Part shown: one piece after another, positions 17,347-29,790 of the stretch
How the letters are laid out: every line of letters begins with the position of its first letter
Position numbering within the stretch: the first letter of the stretch is position 1
Assembly: GCA_965229705.1 (NCBI GenBank)
Contig: OZ245922.1
Coordinates: 870,001 to 902,000 of the forward strand
DNA from: Candidatus Saccharimonadota bacterium
GTDB taxonomy: Bacteria; Patescibacteriota; Gracilibacteria; BD1-5; UBA6164
Direction of reading: 5' to 3'
Length of the DNA stretch: 32,000 nucleotides
Program-made: the position numbers and the translations under genes
Notes under the pieces: model-generated
What the model saw: only the letters and a program-made list of their open reading frames with translations
The model's database searches: none
What the model was told of the DNA's origin: nothing

Positions 17347-18417
17347 ATGAAATTTAACCTTGATTCTCTTGTAGAAGAATTTTCTTCACTCGAACAAGAA
17401 CTTTCCAATCCAGATATTTTTAAAGATCAAAAAAAGGTCAAAGAAGTATCTTCTCGAAAAAAATCCCTTGAAGAAGCAGTAGGGTTATATAAAGAATATA
17501 AGAATCTCTATACTACACTGTGAGAAAATAAAGAAATGCTCTCTGAGGAAAAAGATGAAGAGATGAAAGAACTTCTAAAACTCGAGATCATACAGATAGA
17601 AGAACAAATTCCCAAATATGAAGAAAAACTCAAAATGGCACTTCTTCCAAAAGACCCCAATGACGAAAAAAATATTATTGTAGAAATCAGAGCCGGAACC
17701 TGAGGCGATGAAGCGGCACTCTTTGCCGGAGAGCTCGCAAGAAGCTATCTCATGTTTGCCGATGAAGAAGGTTATAGAACAGAAATCACAGAAAAAGCAG
17801 AAGGAGATTCATGATGAGTCAAAGAAATGGTATTTGAGGTTCGAGGAGAATGAGCTTATAGCCGATTTAAATATGAGTCAGGAGTACACCGAGTCCAGCG
17901 TATTCCTGAGACAGAAAGTAAGGGGCGTGTTCATACTAGTGCTATTACTGTTGCCATTCTCCCAGAAGCAGAAGAATTTGATGTTGAGCTCAAAGAAGAA
18001 GACCTTGATATCAAGGCAACTAAGTCCTCATGAGCAGGAGGTCAACATGTAAATACCACAGACTCAGCAATACATATGGTACACAAACCAACAGGGATAT
18101 CTGTTTTTTGTCAGGAGTGAAGATCACAGCACAAAAATCGAGAAAAAGCCTATCAAATACTTAGAGCAAAGATTTATGCACTTGAGGAGGAAAAACGAGC
18201 AAAAGAACTCGGTGAAGAACGACTCTCTCAGGTAGGTTCAGGAGATAGATCAGAAAAGATACGAACATACAACTATCCTCAAGATCGTGTCACAGACCAT
18301 AGAATAGGACAAAACTTTTCTGGTATTCCCCAAGTAATGAGTGGAAAACTTGCTCCAATTATTGATGCCTGCGCTCTCGCAGATCAGCAAATGAAGCTTG
18401 AACAGGCGGGGAAATAG
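17347..18417 (+). CDS. prfA: Peptide chain release factor 1.
   Basis: RF1 tripeptide motif P-x-T ([15 protein letters not shown]). GGQ loop SS(G=TGA at 18031)AGGQHVN. 356 aa; TAG at 18415. Confidence 0.93.
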
Positions 18418-18456
18418 ATAAATATTTTGTTTTTCAGTAAAAATACTTATAATTCT

Positions 18457-18472
18457 TAGGTATTTTTACCTA
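18457..18472. promoter_or_regulatory. Candidate operator palindrome upstream of the Phd/YefM-RelE pair.
   Basis: TAGGTA-TTTT-TACCTA inverted repeat, 14 nt before the ATG at 18486. Confidence 0.35.
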
Positions 18473-18485
18473 TAAAATAATAACC

Positions 18486-18755
18486 ATGATAACAGAAGAT
18501 CAATATGTTTCTATCTCTGAAGTACGTGACCAAACAACGCGTGTTATAAAGTCTTTAGGACAGGTAGGAAAAAAAATAATCCTCTCACAAAATAAACCAG
18601 TAGGAATTTTCTTAAGTATCCAGGAGTATAATACTCTGAAAAAGCTTTCTTTTTTACAAGAAAATGCGACATGAGAGGATATTCAAGCATACCAGAAAAG
18701 CTCACACGGAAGAGATGGAGTAGAAGCATTTTCTTTTTTGGAATCACTAAAGTAA
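18486..18755 (+). CDS. Phd/YefM-family antitoxin.
   Basis: MITEDQYVSISEVRDQTTRVIKSLGQVGKKIILSQNKPVGIFLSIQEYNTLKK... One in-frame TGA extends the track ORF to TAA at 18753. Confidence 0.8.
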
Positions 18756-18757
18756 CT

Positions 18758-19027
18758 ATGTATAATGTTATTATTGAAAAGCCGGTTGCAAAGTTTCTTG
18801 AAAAACACAAGTGAGAGAAGCTTATTACTCAGTTTGAATATGCTCTTACAATTCTTTCACAAGATCCGTATGAAAATAATCTTGATATTCGAATAGTACA
18901 ATGACTCCCTGATTCTTATGCCCTTAGGATAGGAAAGTATAGGTTTCTCTATGAGGTTATAGAAGATACTATCTCTATATCTTTTTTTAAGGCTGAAAGC
19001 CGAGGAAGCGTTTATAAAAAATTGTAG
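18758..19027 (+). CDS. RelE/ParE-family toxin.
   Basis: MYNVIIEKPVAKFLEKHK..YALRIGKYRFLYEVIEDTISISFFKAESRGSVYKKL. Starts 2 nt after the antitoxin stop. Confidence 0.8.
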
Positions 19028-19033
19028 TATATA

Positions 19034-20647
19034 TTATTTCCTACATACTTCAAGAAGTCATACGAAAAGTGGAGCTGGGTCTTCGAGTTTGCTCGTGAGC
19101 TCTGCATGAGACTGTGTTCATACATAGAAAGGATGAACTTTTTTTCGTAATTCAACAAATTGAACAATATGTTTATTTTGACTGACTCATGTGACTTTGA
19201 GATCACTTCCTGCAAGTCCATCAGCAAATGTTGGATGTACCTCAAAGCGATGACGAAAACGTTCACGAACCACTCATCGTGAGTTCATTCGTTCAGAGTT
19301 TTTATAGAGGTCTTTGATAATTCCAGAACGCAGAAGGGATTTTTGTGCTCAGAGTCGCATAGTTCCTCAGAGATTGACGATATTTTTTTGACTATCAAGG
19401 AGCGTGATAATATCATAGGGGAAACAATCTTTTTCAAACTCTAAACTATTTGCTTTTTCGATTCCAAGAACATTTCTCGCAAACTCAAGCGTCATTAACT
19501 GCATTCAGAGGCATATTCCAAGACAGGGGATTTTATGTTCTCGTATATACTTGAGAGTAGAAATCATATTTTCTACGGCAGTATCTCAAAAACCTCCAGG
19601 GATAATACATCCATCACACTTTTTGACTCATTCAATACCATTTTTTTTCCGAGTATTGATAAAGGATATTTCCACACTAACACCAAGAGCAAAGGCTGCG
19701 TGATTAAGAGCTTCAACCACGCTAGAATAACTGTCTTCAAGAGTCGTATATTTTCAGATGATTCCTATACGTAATTGTTTCTCACTTTGATTATTTGTTT
19801 TTAAAATATTATTCCACTGTTCTAGTCGAGAATTTTCTGCGTAAGGGATACAGAGTTTTCCATGAACAAGTTGAGGAAAGTTTTGAGCTGTAAGTATAGA
19901 GGGAAGAGAATAAATAGTGTTTACATCAGGAATAGAAATGATTCTTTCGTCTCGCAGGTGTGAAAAAAGAGCAATCTTATCTCTGCTTTCTTTGGTCAGT
20001 TTTTCTTTACTTCGTACAGCAATAATATCAGGGAAAAGTCATCGAGATTGCAGGAGGTTAATAGATTGTTGCGTAGGTTTTGTTTTTTGCTCGAGAACAC
20101 CTCAAGGGATAGGAACATAGCTGAGATGAATATGAAGAAAGTCTTCTGTTTTTTTCTTTCTTTTCATTTGGCGAAGAGCCTCGAGATAGAGCTCTACTTC
20201 TATATCTCATACCGTTCACCCCACCTCTATGATACATATTTCTCAGCGAGAGAGAGAAAATACTTCTTCGATTCTTTCACAAATATGGTCTGTCACATGA
20301 GGGATCATTTGCACGGTCTTTCACAGAAAATTTCATCGGCGCTCTTTTTCTAATACTCCTGCATATATCTTTCACATAGAAATACTCTGCATTCAAGAGC
20401 ACTGCACATTTAAAAATCTCTCATAGTGCCCAAAATCCATATCAACTTCGGCTCCATCATCGAGCACAAACACTTCTCCGTGTTCCCGAGGATTCATGGT
20501 TCCAGGATCAATATTGAGATATCCATCAAGCTTTATCGGGCAAACTTTATACTTTTCCGAAAAGAAAAAACCGGCAGAGGCAGTGGTAACTCACTTTCCT
20601 ATACCGGATATAACTCAACCAGTAATGATAATGTATTTTTTTCTCAT
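19034..20647 (-). CDS. pyrG: CTP synthase.
   Basis: MRKKYIIIT(GG)[45 protein letters not shown], glutaminase part GICLGMQL and HRHRFEV-like [10 protein letters not shown]. 537 aa; TAA at 19034. Confidence 0.93.
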
Positions 20648-20776
20648 ATTTTTTAAAGGGAGAAACTAAGCATAAGTATAAGCACGAAAAGTAAATGAGG
20701 AAATTTTATTTTTTGATTTTTATAGGGATTTATACATTATAATTACATATTTTTTTACATCTAATGAGTATTATGT

Positions 20777-21337
20777 ATGTCCTTTAATACAAGCATGGAT
20801 TTTATCGTTACTGATGCTGAATATCAAACTTTTGGAGATACAAGAGAGACGGGTTGGATAGAGCCCCATCATCACAAAGAAATTTTTCAGATATGAGCAG
20901 CAAAGGTTATTTCAGGAGAAGTGATAGAAAGAATAAATATTTTCGTGAAACCTCGAATCAATAGGATTCTTACTCCCCAGAGCATTGATTTAACAGGAGT
21001 ATCTCAAGATACTATAGATCAACAAGGAGTGAGCTATGAGCAATGACTCGCTGATTTTGTTTCATTTTCATAAGGTTTAGAGGTTTATACTTTTGATAAT
21101 GACTATAATGTGCATCTAGAAAATGCTCGAATTAACAATATACAACTTACAATCCCAGAATTTACTAAGGTGAAAGAAAAGCTAAGAGAGTATGGTATCA
21201 ATCCAAATGAATACTCTAGTGGTTCTCTCTATAAAGCTCTATGACTTGATATATCTGGTCATGTTCATGATGCATATCACGATACATATAGCTTGGCGTT
21301 ATCTTTGATAGAATTAAAAAAAACAATCTCGCTTTAG
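20777..21337 (+). pseudogene. DEDDh (DnaQ-like) 3'-5' exonuclease interrupted by an in-frame TAA at 21071-21073.
   Basis: Exo I FIVTDAEY; TAA; Exo II EVYTFDNDYNV; Exo III HVHDAYHDTYSLA. All in one frame. Alternative start at 20795. Confidence 0.65.
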
Positions 21338-21422
21338 AAAAAAAGAAGAAAGAATATTTTAAAATAAGAGTATTATTCTGTATAATTTCTTAGTGTAATA
21401 GTATATTCTTAATGTTATATAT

Positions 21423-21992
21423 ATGACTCTCCCAACCGAAAAACAAGCTCTCGATCTCGTAGAAAAATACGCTACTTCAACAAAACAGCATCTCCTACAG
21501 GTTGGCTGTATTATGAAATATTTTGCCGAAAAACTATGAGAAGATACTCATTACTGGTGGCTTGTGTGAGTCCTGCATGATATAGACTGGGACTATATTG
21601 AAAAAGACGAAACAAAACATATGGCAGATGATTTTGAAAAAATACTTTCCCAGATAAATGCTCCTGTAGAACTTTTATGAGATATCAGATCCCATGGTCC
21701 TCATCTCTCACATATTTCAGAAATACCAGATACTCTCGTAAGAAAATATATTAATGCTGTCGATGAACTTTCGGGCTTTGTTTGGGCATATTTTCGTATG
21801 ATTCCTTCTAACGATGTGATGGATATCAAAGCCAAGTCGATCAAAAAACGTCTCAAAGATAAGAGTTTTGCTGCAGGAGTTGACAGAGAACATGCGAGGG
21901 CTTGTGAAAATCTCTTGAATATTCCTCTTGAAGAATTTGTAGAAGATATGAAAAAAGCTCTCAATAATCCTTCTATTGAGTGGGAGAAGTAG
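21423..21992 (+). CDS. HD-domain metal-dependent phosphohydrolase.
   Basis: ..HLLQVGCIMKYFAEKL...WWLV(G)VLHDIDWDY.., in frame with track ORF 21798..21992. Four in-frame TGA codons. Confidence 0.75.
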
Positions 21993-22055
21993 AAAATTTG
22001 TCTTTTTTGTATTTATAGATATATTTTTACAAATTGACAATTAATTCTCTCAATT

Positions 22056-22967
22056 ATGAATTGACTGAAATTAGACAATGGAAACATTGCGTTATGAGCA
22101 TTTGATTTTGATGGAAATATTTTACATATGCCCACTCTACTCTATCTGAAAAATAAAACTACAGGAAATATGGAGGGCTTTCCATGATGGATGATTGATC
22201 AGGGGAAAGTAGATTTCCATCAGTACGAAGATATAAGCTGATATTTTGAAGATTTTCGTGCTCATTTTGTTTGCCCTTCTCCGAAAAATAAAAAAGGTTT
22301 TGATGGATTAGTCAGTGATATTGACGAGGCAATAGAACGCAAAATGTTTTCTCCAAGCTTCCCTGTATTTAAAGAGGTATTTTTGGTTCAGGCAAGAATA
22401 TGGTCTTTGATCACATCTCGATCAAATAGTCCTGATAACTTTATTCGTGGACTGATGAGTATGAATGAAAAGATACTGACACAGGAAGAAAAAGAGATAC
22501 AAGAATCTGCTATAAAAGAAAATTATGGATATAAAGGAACCCGTGAAGAAGTAATGTTTGAATATTTTCAGAGAATTGTTGATTATTATTTTTGTTGAAA
22601 TATCCAAACGCAAAAAATGATTGGGTTAGGCATTTCTGAAAATTCTCAGAGAAAATCTCAGGCAATGCATCACTGGTCAACAACTTCTCTTCCACGAAAA
22701 TTTGAACAACTAGGACTTTCACAAGATATACCTCTTTCGTTTGGTTTCAGTGATGATGGTAAAAAACATATCATATCTATGACACAATATTTTACAGAGA
22801 TGATACAGCAGTGAGCATTTGATAAGAATAAAGTGAGATTATTTTTTACAGGACCTCAAGATCAGAGAGAAGATGTAATAGGAGAAGTACATACTATTAT
22901 ATGAGATACACCTTATGCTATTCGACAATCTGATCAGCAGTTAGAGATAAGACTTGATTGAAGATAA
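22056..22967 (+). CDS. HAD-superfamily hydrolase (nucleotidase-like).
   Basis: Motif I FDFDGNILH, motif II LITSRSNS, motif III/IV GFSDDGKKH. Track ORFs 22344.. and 22617.. are in frame. TAA at 22965. Confidence 0.65.
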
Positions 22968-22980
22968 AACTCTCAAAACA

Positions 22981-23012
22981 ATAAAAAACTCGTCTTCTCG
23001 CGAGTTTTTTAT
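22981..23012 (+). terminator. Rho-independent terminator after the HAD gene.
   Basis: AAAAAACTCG-TCTTCT-CGCGAGTTTTTTATTTTTT. Exact stem boundaries are approximate. Confidence 0.6.
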
Positions 23013-23133
23013 TTTTTGCGTCTAGGAAGTTGTGTAAAAAAGAACTATGAAATCTGAAAAATAGTGAAATTTCATCAAAAATAGCCTCTCAGAATGTTTA
23101 TAAAAAATTCCTCGCCCTCCAAGAAATATATAT

Positions 23134-23161
23134 TTGCAATAACTTTTTGCCTCTTTATAGT
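23134..23161 (+). promoter_or_regulatory. Sigma70-like promoter of the third RelE-type TA pair.
   Basis: TTGCAA (23134-39), 16-nt spacer, TATAGT (23156-61). Confidence 0.45.
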
Positions 23162-23193
23162 GGGACTCGTATTACTTGATAAAAAATATCTCT

Positions 23194-23409
23194 ATGAGTA
23201 CTACAACAATAGAAGAAGATGTTACTTCGTTTACACTGAGAAATGAAGAGTTTGTTGTTATTCCAAAAAAAGAATTTCAAAGACTTCAAGATTTAGAAGA
23301 ATACCCAAAAATCTATACACAAACAGATGAAGAAGGGAGCTGGGAAACTTTAGATTTTTGACCTGAATGAATTGATCCAAAGCAGTTGATAAATCATTTA
23401 CGCTCTTAG
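23194..23409 (+). CDS. Small antitoxin-like protein (71 aa).
   Basis: MSTTTIEEDVTSFTLRNEEFVVIPKKEFQRLQDLEE... Lies immediately upstream (3 nt) of a RelE/ParE toxin. Two in-frame TGA codons. Confidence 0.6.
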
Positions 23410-23412
23410 AAA

Positions 23413-23649
23413 ATGGTACAAAAATGGGAAAAGCTTGTAGATAAAGTTGTGCAATCATGATCTCGTTGAGACCTGGCAGGCTTTATTGATGAGATTTGCA
23501 TATGAAATATTTTGTGAAAAGATATTAGACCTCTCTCATGATACAAAAATAGATTTCGAGCAAGATTATGAGACTACCGAATTATCTTCTTAAAAACACC
23601 GTCTTGAAATAAGATTCTGCAAGTCAACAAACGATGAGATATACATTAA
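23413..23649 (+). CDS. RelE/ParE-family toxin.
   Basis: ...RPLS(G)YKNRFRARL(G=TGA)DYRIIFLKTPS(G)NKILQVNKR(G)DIH. Has the R-x-G-D-Y-R-I motif. Nine in-frame TGA codons, so it is absent from the track. Confidence 0.75.
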
Positions 23650-23660
23650 CATAAAAAAAT

Positions 23661-25568
<1,908 letters not shown>

Positions 25569-25701
25569 TAATATCATAAGAAAGAAAAAATATGAGGAGT
25601 CTTGTTGTTTTTTTTGAAAACTTTCCATATATCAATATAAAGATTCTTAAAATACAAATACAAGAAGAACGGAGTATTTTATTTTTCTAGATACATAACT
25701 T

Positions 25702-26994
25702 ATGAATAAGTTTTTATCGCAGTATTGAGTACTTGAGGATTTGAAAAATCCAAATATGCTTATAGGTCTTATTGCTTATGGATGACTGACTCTTGTTTTA
25801 GCACTGTTTATTGGGAACTTTTGGGCAGCTCTGTGTTTTGCTCTTGCTGCATATGCCGTTATAGGAAATGATGCAGTACAAACACTTATGACATATATCC
25901 ACTCAAACAATGATATTCCGAAAAAATATCTTTTTACAGGTGTAGCTGCTGTTCTTCTTACGGTAATTTGGTATGGATTTTTGACAGCAGGAGATATTAC
26001 TTATGGTCGTCTTGATGCAAAATGATATGCTGACTTTGATATACAATGGTATATTGCGATTTTTCCTTTATTACTCGTATTTTTAACGCGTTTTCGAGGA
26101 ATACCGGTTTCTACATCACTTCTTATGCTTTCTATTTTTTCGACAACGCTCTTATTTGAAAAAATAGTGATGAAGTCTGCTCTTGGATATCTCGTTGCAT
26201 TTCTTGCAGCTTTTGTTATGTGGTGTGGCGTAGAATATATTTTAAAAAGAGTGAGTAAGGCAAAGAAAACAGCTGTCGTGCAGTTGTGATGAATACTTCT
26301 GCAAGCATGAATTGCATCTGCAGTCATTATTACAGCGATAAAGTATGCTCTTTTACCTCTACTTATCAATCTTCTTCCAGGTATTTCTTTTCCAGAAATA
26401 AGTAACTTTCAATTCATTTTATACGGATCAGTGATACTACTATTTATAGCAGGAGTGATGTACGAGTCTCAGGCTGATGATAGTTCTTCGAGGAGTTCGG
26501 TTTTTTGGAGGGTAGCACAGACATTTACAACATGACTTCTTTTTGCAACATGGCTTATGCATGATATGGTAAATATTGCTGTTTTTCTCCCTTCAGATTT
26601 TGGTTTTTATATCATGCTCATAATCTCGGCTCTTTTTATTATTGGACTTGCTTATACATTTTCTATCAATGGTTGACCTGTCGGAAATGTTGTTACACAA
26701 AAAACATCAACAAATGAGATTATTGCGGCAACGATGATCGATCTTGTGTATTTTGTGATACTTCTCATTTTTAAAGAATGGTCAAATATTCCGATGAGTA
26801 CTACTTGGGTATTTATCTGACTTCTTGCATGAAGACAGTTTGCGATCCGAGCGATAAATAGAATTGATGTTCAGTGAAAATGAAGGATGAAGGTTGCTTT
26901 TACAGAGTCTTGGAAAGATTTTTCAAAAATTATGGTAGGACTTGGAATTTCTGTATTTGCCCTTATTATTGTTCGCTATTTTACCGGAACGTAA
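25702..26994 (+). CDS. Polytopic membrane protein, PiT (PHO4)-like phosphate/sulfate permease.
   Basis: About 10 hydrophobic segments. GNDAVQT near the N-terminus and IPMSTTWVFIGLLAG near the C-terminus resemble the duplicated PiT signature. 430 aa; TAA at 26992. Confidence 0.6.
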
Positions 26995-27309
26995 GATTTC
27001 CTTATCTCAAAAATTTCATCACAAACTCTGATTTTCACCTATAGATGAGATCGATATGCCTCACGGTAGAGAGATATTTTATGAGAAAAGTATATAAAAA
27101 AACACAAAAAACTTCGTACTTCATCATCACGCCCGAATATTTTCTTTCTCCTTCTCCTCACGAATACTACACTTGTTTCAGGAAATTTGTGTTTCCTTTC
27201 AACTACAGAGTGTGTTAAGTATTTTTCACCTGCTATTTTTCTATAGAAATATATTTTTTATGTAATTTATTTCTTATAAAATGAGTCATTGATTTTTTAA
27301 AAAATATAT

Positions 27310-28887
27310 ATGTCAGGGAAAAACAAATGATACCAAAGTCCATTTTTATATGATCTTACTGATGGTGTTGAGTTGATAGAGGTGTCTCCTCAAGCCGAAG
27401 ACCTTGCAATGTATGCTGTTGGGGGAAAGATCTTTCCAGTTCATACGGCGTGAGATACTCCAATTACTTCTAACGATCGTCCAGAATATCAAGAACTCAA
27501 AATAGTTGATGATTTCCAAATTCATCCAGAGACAGGAGAGGTAATGATTGACCAACAAAAGCTGATAGCAAATGCTTTTAATCTTGTTAAAAAAGCAGTA
27601 AAAAGTTATGTAGGATATCGTTTTCAAAGGGAATTTGATCTTGGTAAACCCATAAAATGGGATATGAGAGCCCTACAATGAGAATCAGAGGGAGATGAGA
27701 TTTTATTAAAGCTCTACTGGTCTCTTGGTCAAGATGTGAGGAAAGCTATGAAGGATTCACAAGACAAGGTTTTAAGAATACTTCAGCTTACACAATATAC
27801 AGATTACGAGGAGGCTCTTCCAATTATCCACAATGCTATTTTTGATTATGTAGCATTTGGAGTACATGTGACTTTATTCCAGAGTGATGACAACAAAAAA
27901 CTCCTTGAAAAATTACAAGCTTTATCACTGCGACTTGAGAGAGGTCAAAAAGATAGTTTAGAGGCAAGGCAAAAAAAGATGAGTCAACTTCTGAAGGCAA
28001 CTACAAGAGAGGCAAATAATATCAGAAGAGATGGAAAGAATGCAAAAAGAGAAACAGAAAGGAGGCGTCATTATAGATTAGGGAAGCATTGAGAAAAGAT
28101 GCGTAATACACAAGAAGATCGTATTACGCACACGAATTCTCTTACGCCATCTGATATTGATCTTCCATCACCAGATATTACCATTTCTCCCAATATAGGA
28201 CAAGACTATATTTGAGAGCTTGAAGAACTGATATGAAATCTTTTTTCTTTACCAGAAATAGAGTCGAAGCTTCAAGAAGGGGATATATATAGTTGAAATG
28301 TTCATCCGGTAAAAACAATTGCCCCCAAAAAAAGAGTGCAAATTCTCAAAATCATGGACAAATATATATCTTTTCTTACTTATCATAGTTCAGATAAAGA
28401 TGATGTATATCCAAGAGAATTTTTATTTCAGAATATAGAAATGCAATTAGGAGAAAAAGTGCAATTACTAGAGTTGATATTTCAGTTTGAGTTAGCTCAT
28501 CAAGGTCGATGGGATGAGGTTGTATATTTACAACAGGCAATGCTCAAAGGTTCAGGTTTTACTGTTGGTGCTGAGAGAGATCTCTCACATGCTCAGATTG
28601 AGTCTATGCTGAGTATTATAGATGCCAGTACGGATTCTTTGGTTTTTGCTATTCAGGCATGACTGAGACGCCAAGATACACATTGAGAGAAAATTTATCA
28701 ACAAGCTCTGAGAATTCATGAAGCGATACATTCATGAGTCTCATCTTCTCTTGATCTTAAAATCAATACTAAACAGAAAATACAACTTGCTATTGATGTT
28801 ATTCAGGGAAATAATTTTCGAGAAATAGAGAAGTTTTGGGAAAGATTTGTAGAGTTTTCGATAGGACATTTAGACAAGTTAATCTAA
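27310..28887 (+). CDS. Hypothetical protein (525 aa), no recognisable family.
   Basis: First ATG after an upstream TAA. Track ORFs 27736.. and 28336.. are both in frame. Contains a basic coiled-coil-like stretch (..ARQKKMSQLLKATTREANNIRRDGKNAKRETERRRH..). Confidence 0.6.
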
Positions 28888-29186
28888 TTTTGAGAAAAAA
28901 ATAATTCAACAGCGAGTGATATTGCGTTTCTTGCAAAAAAAATATTTACCAAGAATCAGGGAAAACCAAATCAAGCAGAAAAAATATTATTAAGAATATT
29001 TGCAGATAACGCTCGAAGTGAAAAGGCTTTAGGTCATAGATCACGAGTTGCACGTAATAGCTTTTGACTCACAGATGTGGGAGAATGATTTTTGAAATCA
29101 AAATAAAGGGATTATATGTTCAAAATATTTGTTTATTGGTGTGAAAAACTTGCTGAAAACTCCATAGTCTTTTCATCAAAAAATAT

Positions 29187-29214
29187 TTGACTTTACATGT
29201 CTTGTGCTTAATAT
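29187..29214 (+). promoter_or_regulatory. Stable-RNA promoter for the tRNA-Asn/Ser/Ser/CAU cluster.
   Basis: TTGACT (29187-92), 16-nt spacer, TAATAT (29209-14), then discriminator CCCCGAGCTTTCAG. Confidence 0.6.
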
Positions 29215-29237
29215 CCCCGAGCTTTCAGAAAAAGTAT

Positions 29238-29312
29238 TCCTCCGTAGCTCAGCGGTAGAGTAGACGGCTGTTAACCGTTTGGTCACTGGTTCGAATCCAG
29301 TCGGGGGAGCCA
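29238..29312 (+). tRNA. tRNA-Asn (GUU), CCA encoded.
   Basis: Acceptor TCCTCCG/CGGGGGA, anticodon stem GACGG/CCGTT, loop CTGTTAA, T-arm ACTGG-TTCGAAT-CCAGT. Confidence 0.88.
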
Positions 29313-29516
29313 TTTAAAATAGCACGAGATTGGCATTAGAGTTTTTCATACTTTATGTTTCTGACTGGATGAGAAGTTTATGCCCCGCAGGGGTAAATCC
29401 AGTCGGGGGAGCCATTTAAAATAGCACGAGATTGGCATTAGAGTTTTTCATACTTTATGTTTCTGACTGGATGAGAAGTTTATGCCCCGCAGGGGTAAAT
29501 CCAGTCGGGGAGCCAT
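29294..29516 (+). repeat. Two tandem 102-bp units plus a terminal partial copy. Each re-creates the tRNA-Asn 3' end (AATCCAGTCGGGGGAGCCA).
   Basis: AATCC.. copies at 29294, 29396 and 29498. The terminal copy has GGGG instead of GGGGG and a different trailer. Confidence 0.9.
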
Positions 29517-29572
29517 AAAAAATTATCCTTAATTTCCCCTCTCCTTTGAGGAGAGCTTTGGAATAAGGTTTT

Positions 29573-29662
29573 GGAGAGATGGCTGAGTGGTCGAAGGCAA
29601 CGGTCTTGAAAACCGTCGAGGCTTCCGGGTCTCCCAGGGTTCGAATCCCTGTCTCTCCGCCA
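29573..29662 (+). tRNA. tRNA-Ser (UGA), long variable arm, CCA encoded.
   Basis: GGAGAGATGGCTGAGTGGTCGAAGGC.., anticodon stem ACGGT/ACCGT, loop CTTGAAA, T-arm CAGGG-TTCGAAT-CCCTG. Confidence 0.88.
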
Positions 29663-29790
29663 TTTTAATATCACAAAGAGTTATTTTATAGTTTTCGTGA
29701 TAGATTGTAGAGAAAATGTGGGATGAGAAGTTTATGCCCCGTAGGGGTAAATCCCTGTCTCTCCGCCATTTTAATATCACAAAGAGTTAT
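29644..29790 (+). repeat. One 106-bp unit duplicating the tRNA-Ser(UGA) 3' end plus 22 nt of trailer.
   Basis: AATCCCTGTCTCTCCGCCATTTTAATATCACAAAGAGTTAT occurs at 29644 and again at 29750. Confidence 0.9.
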
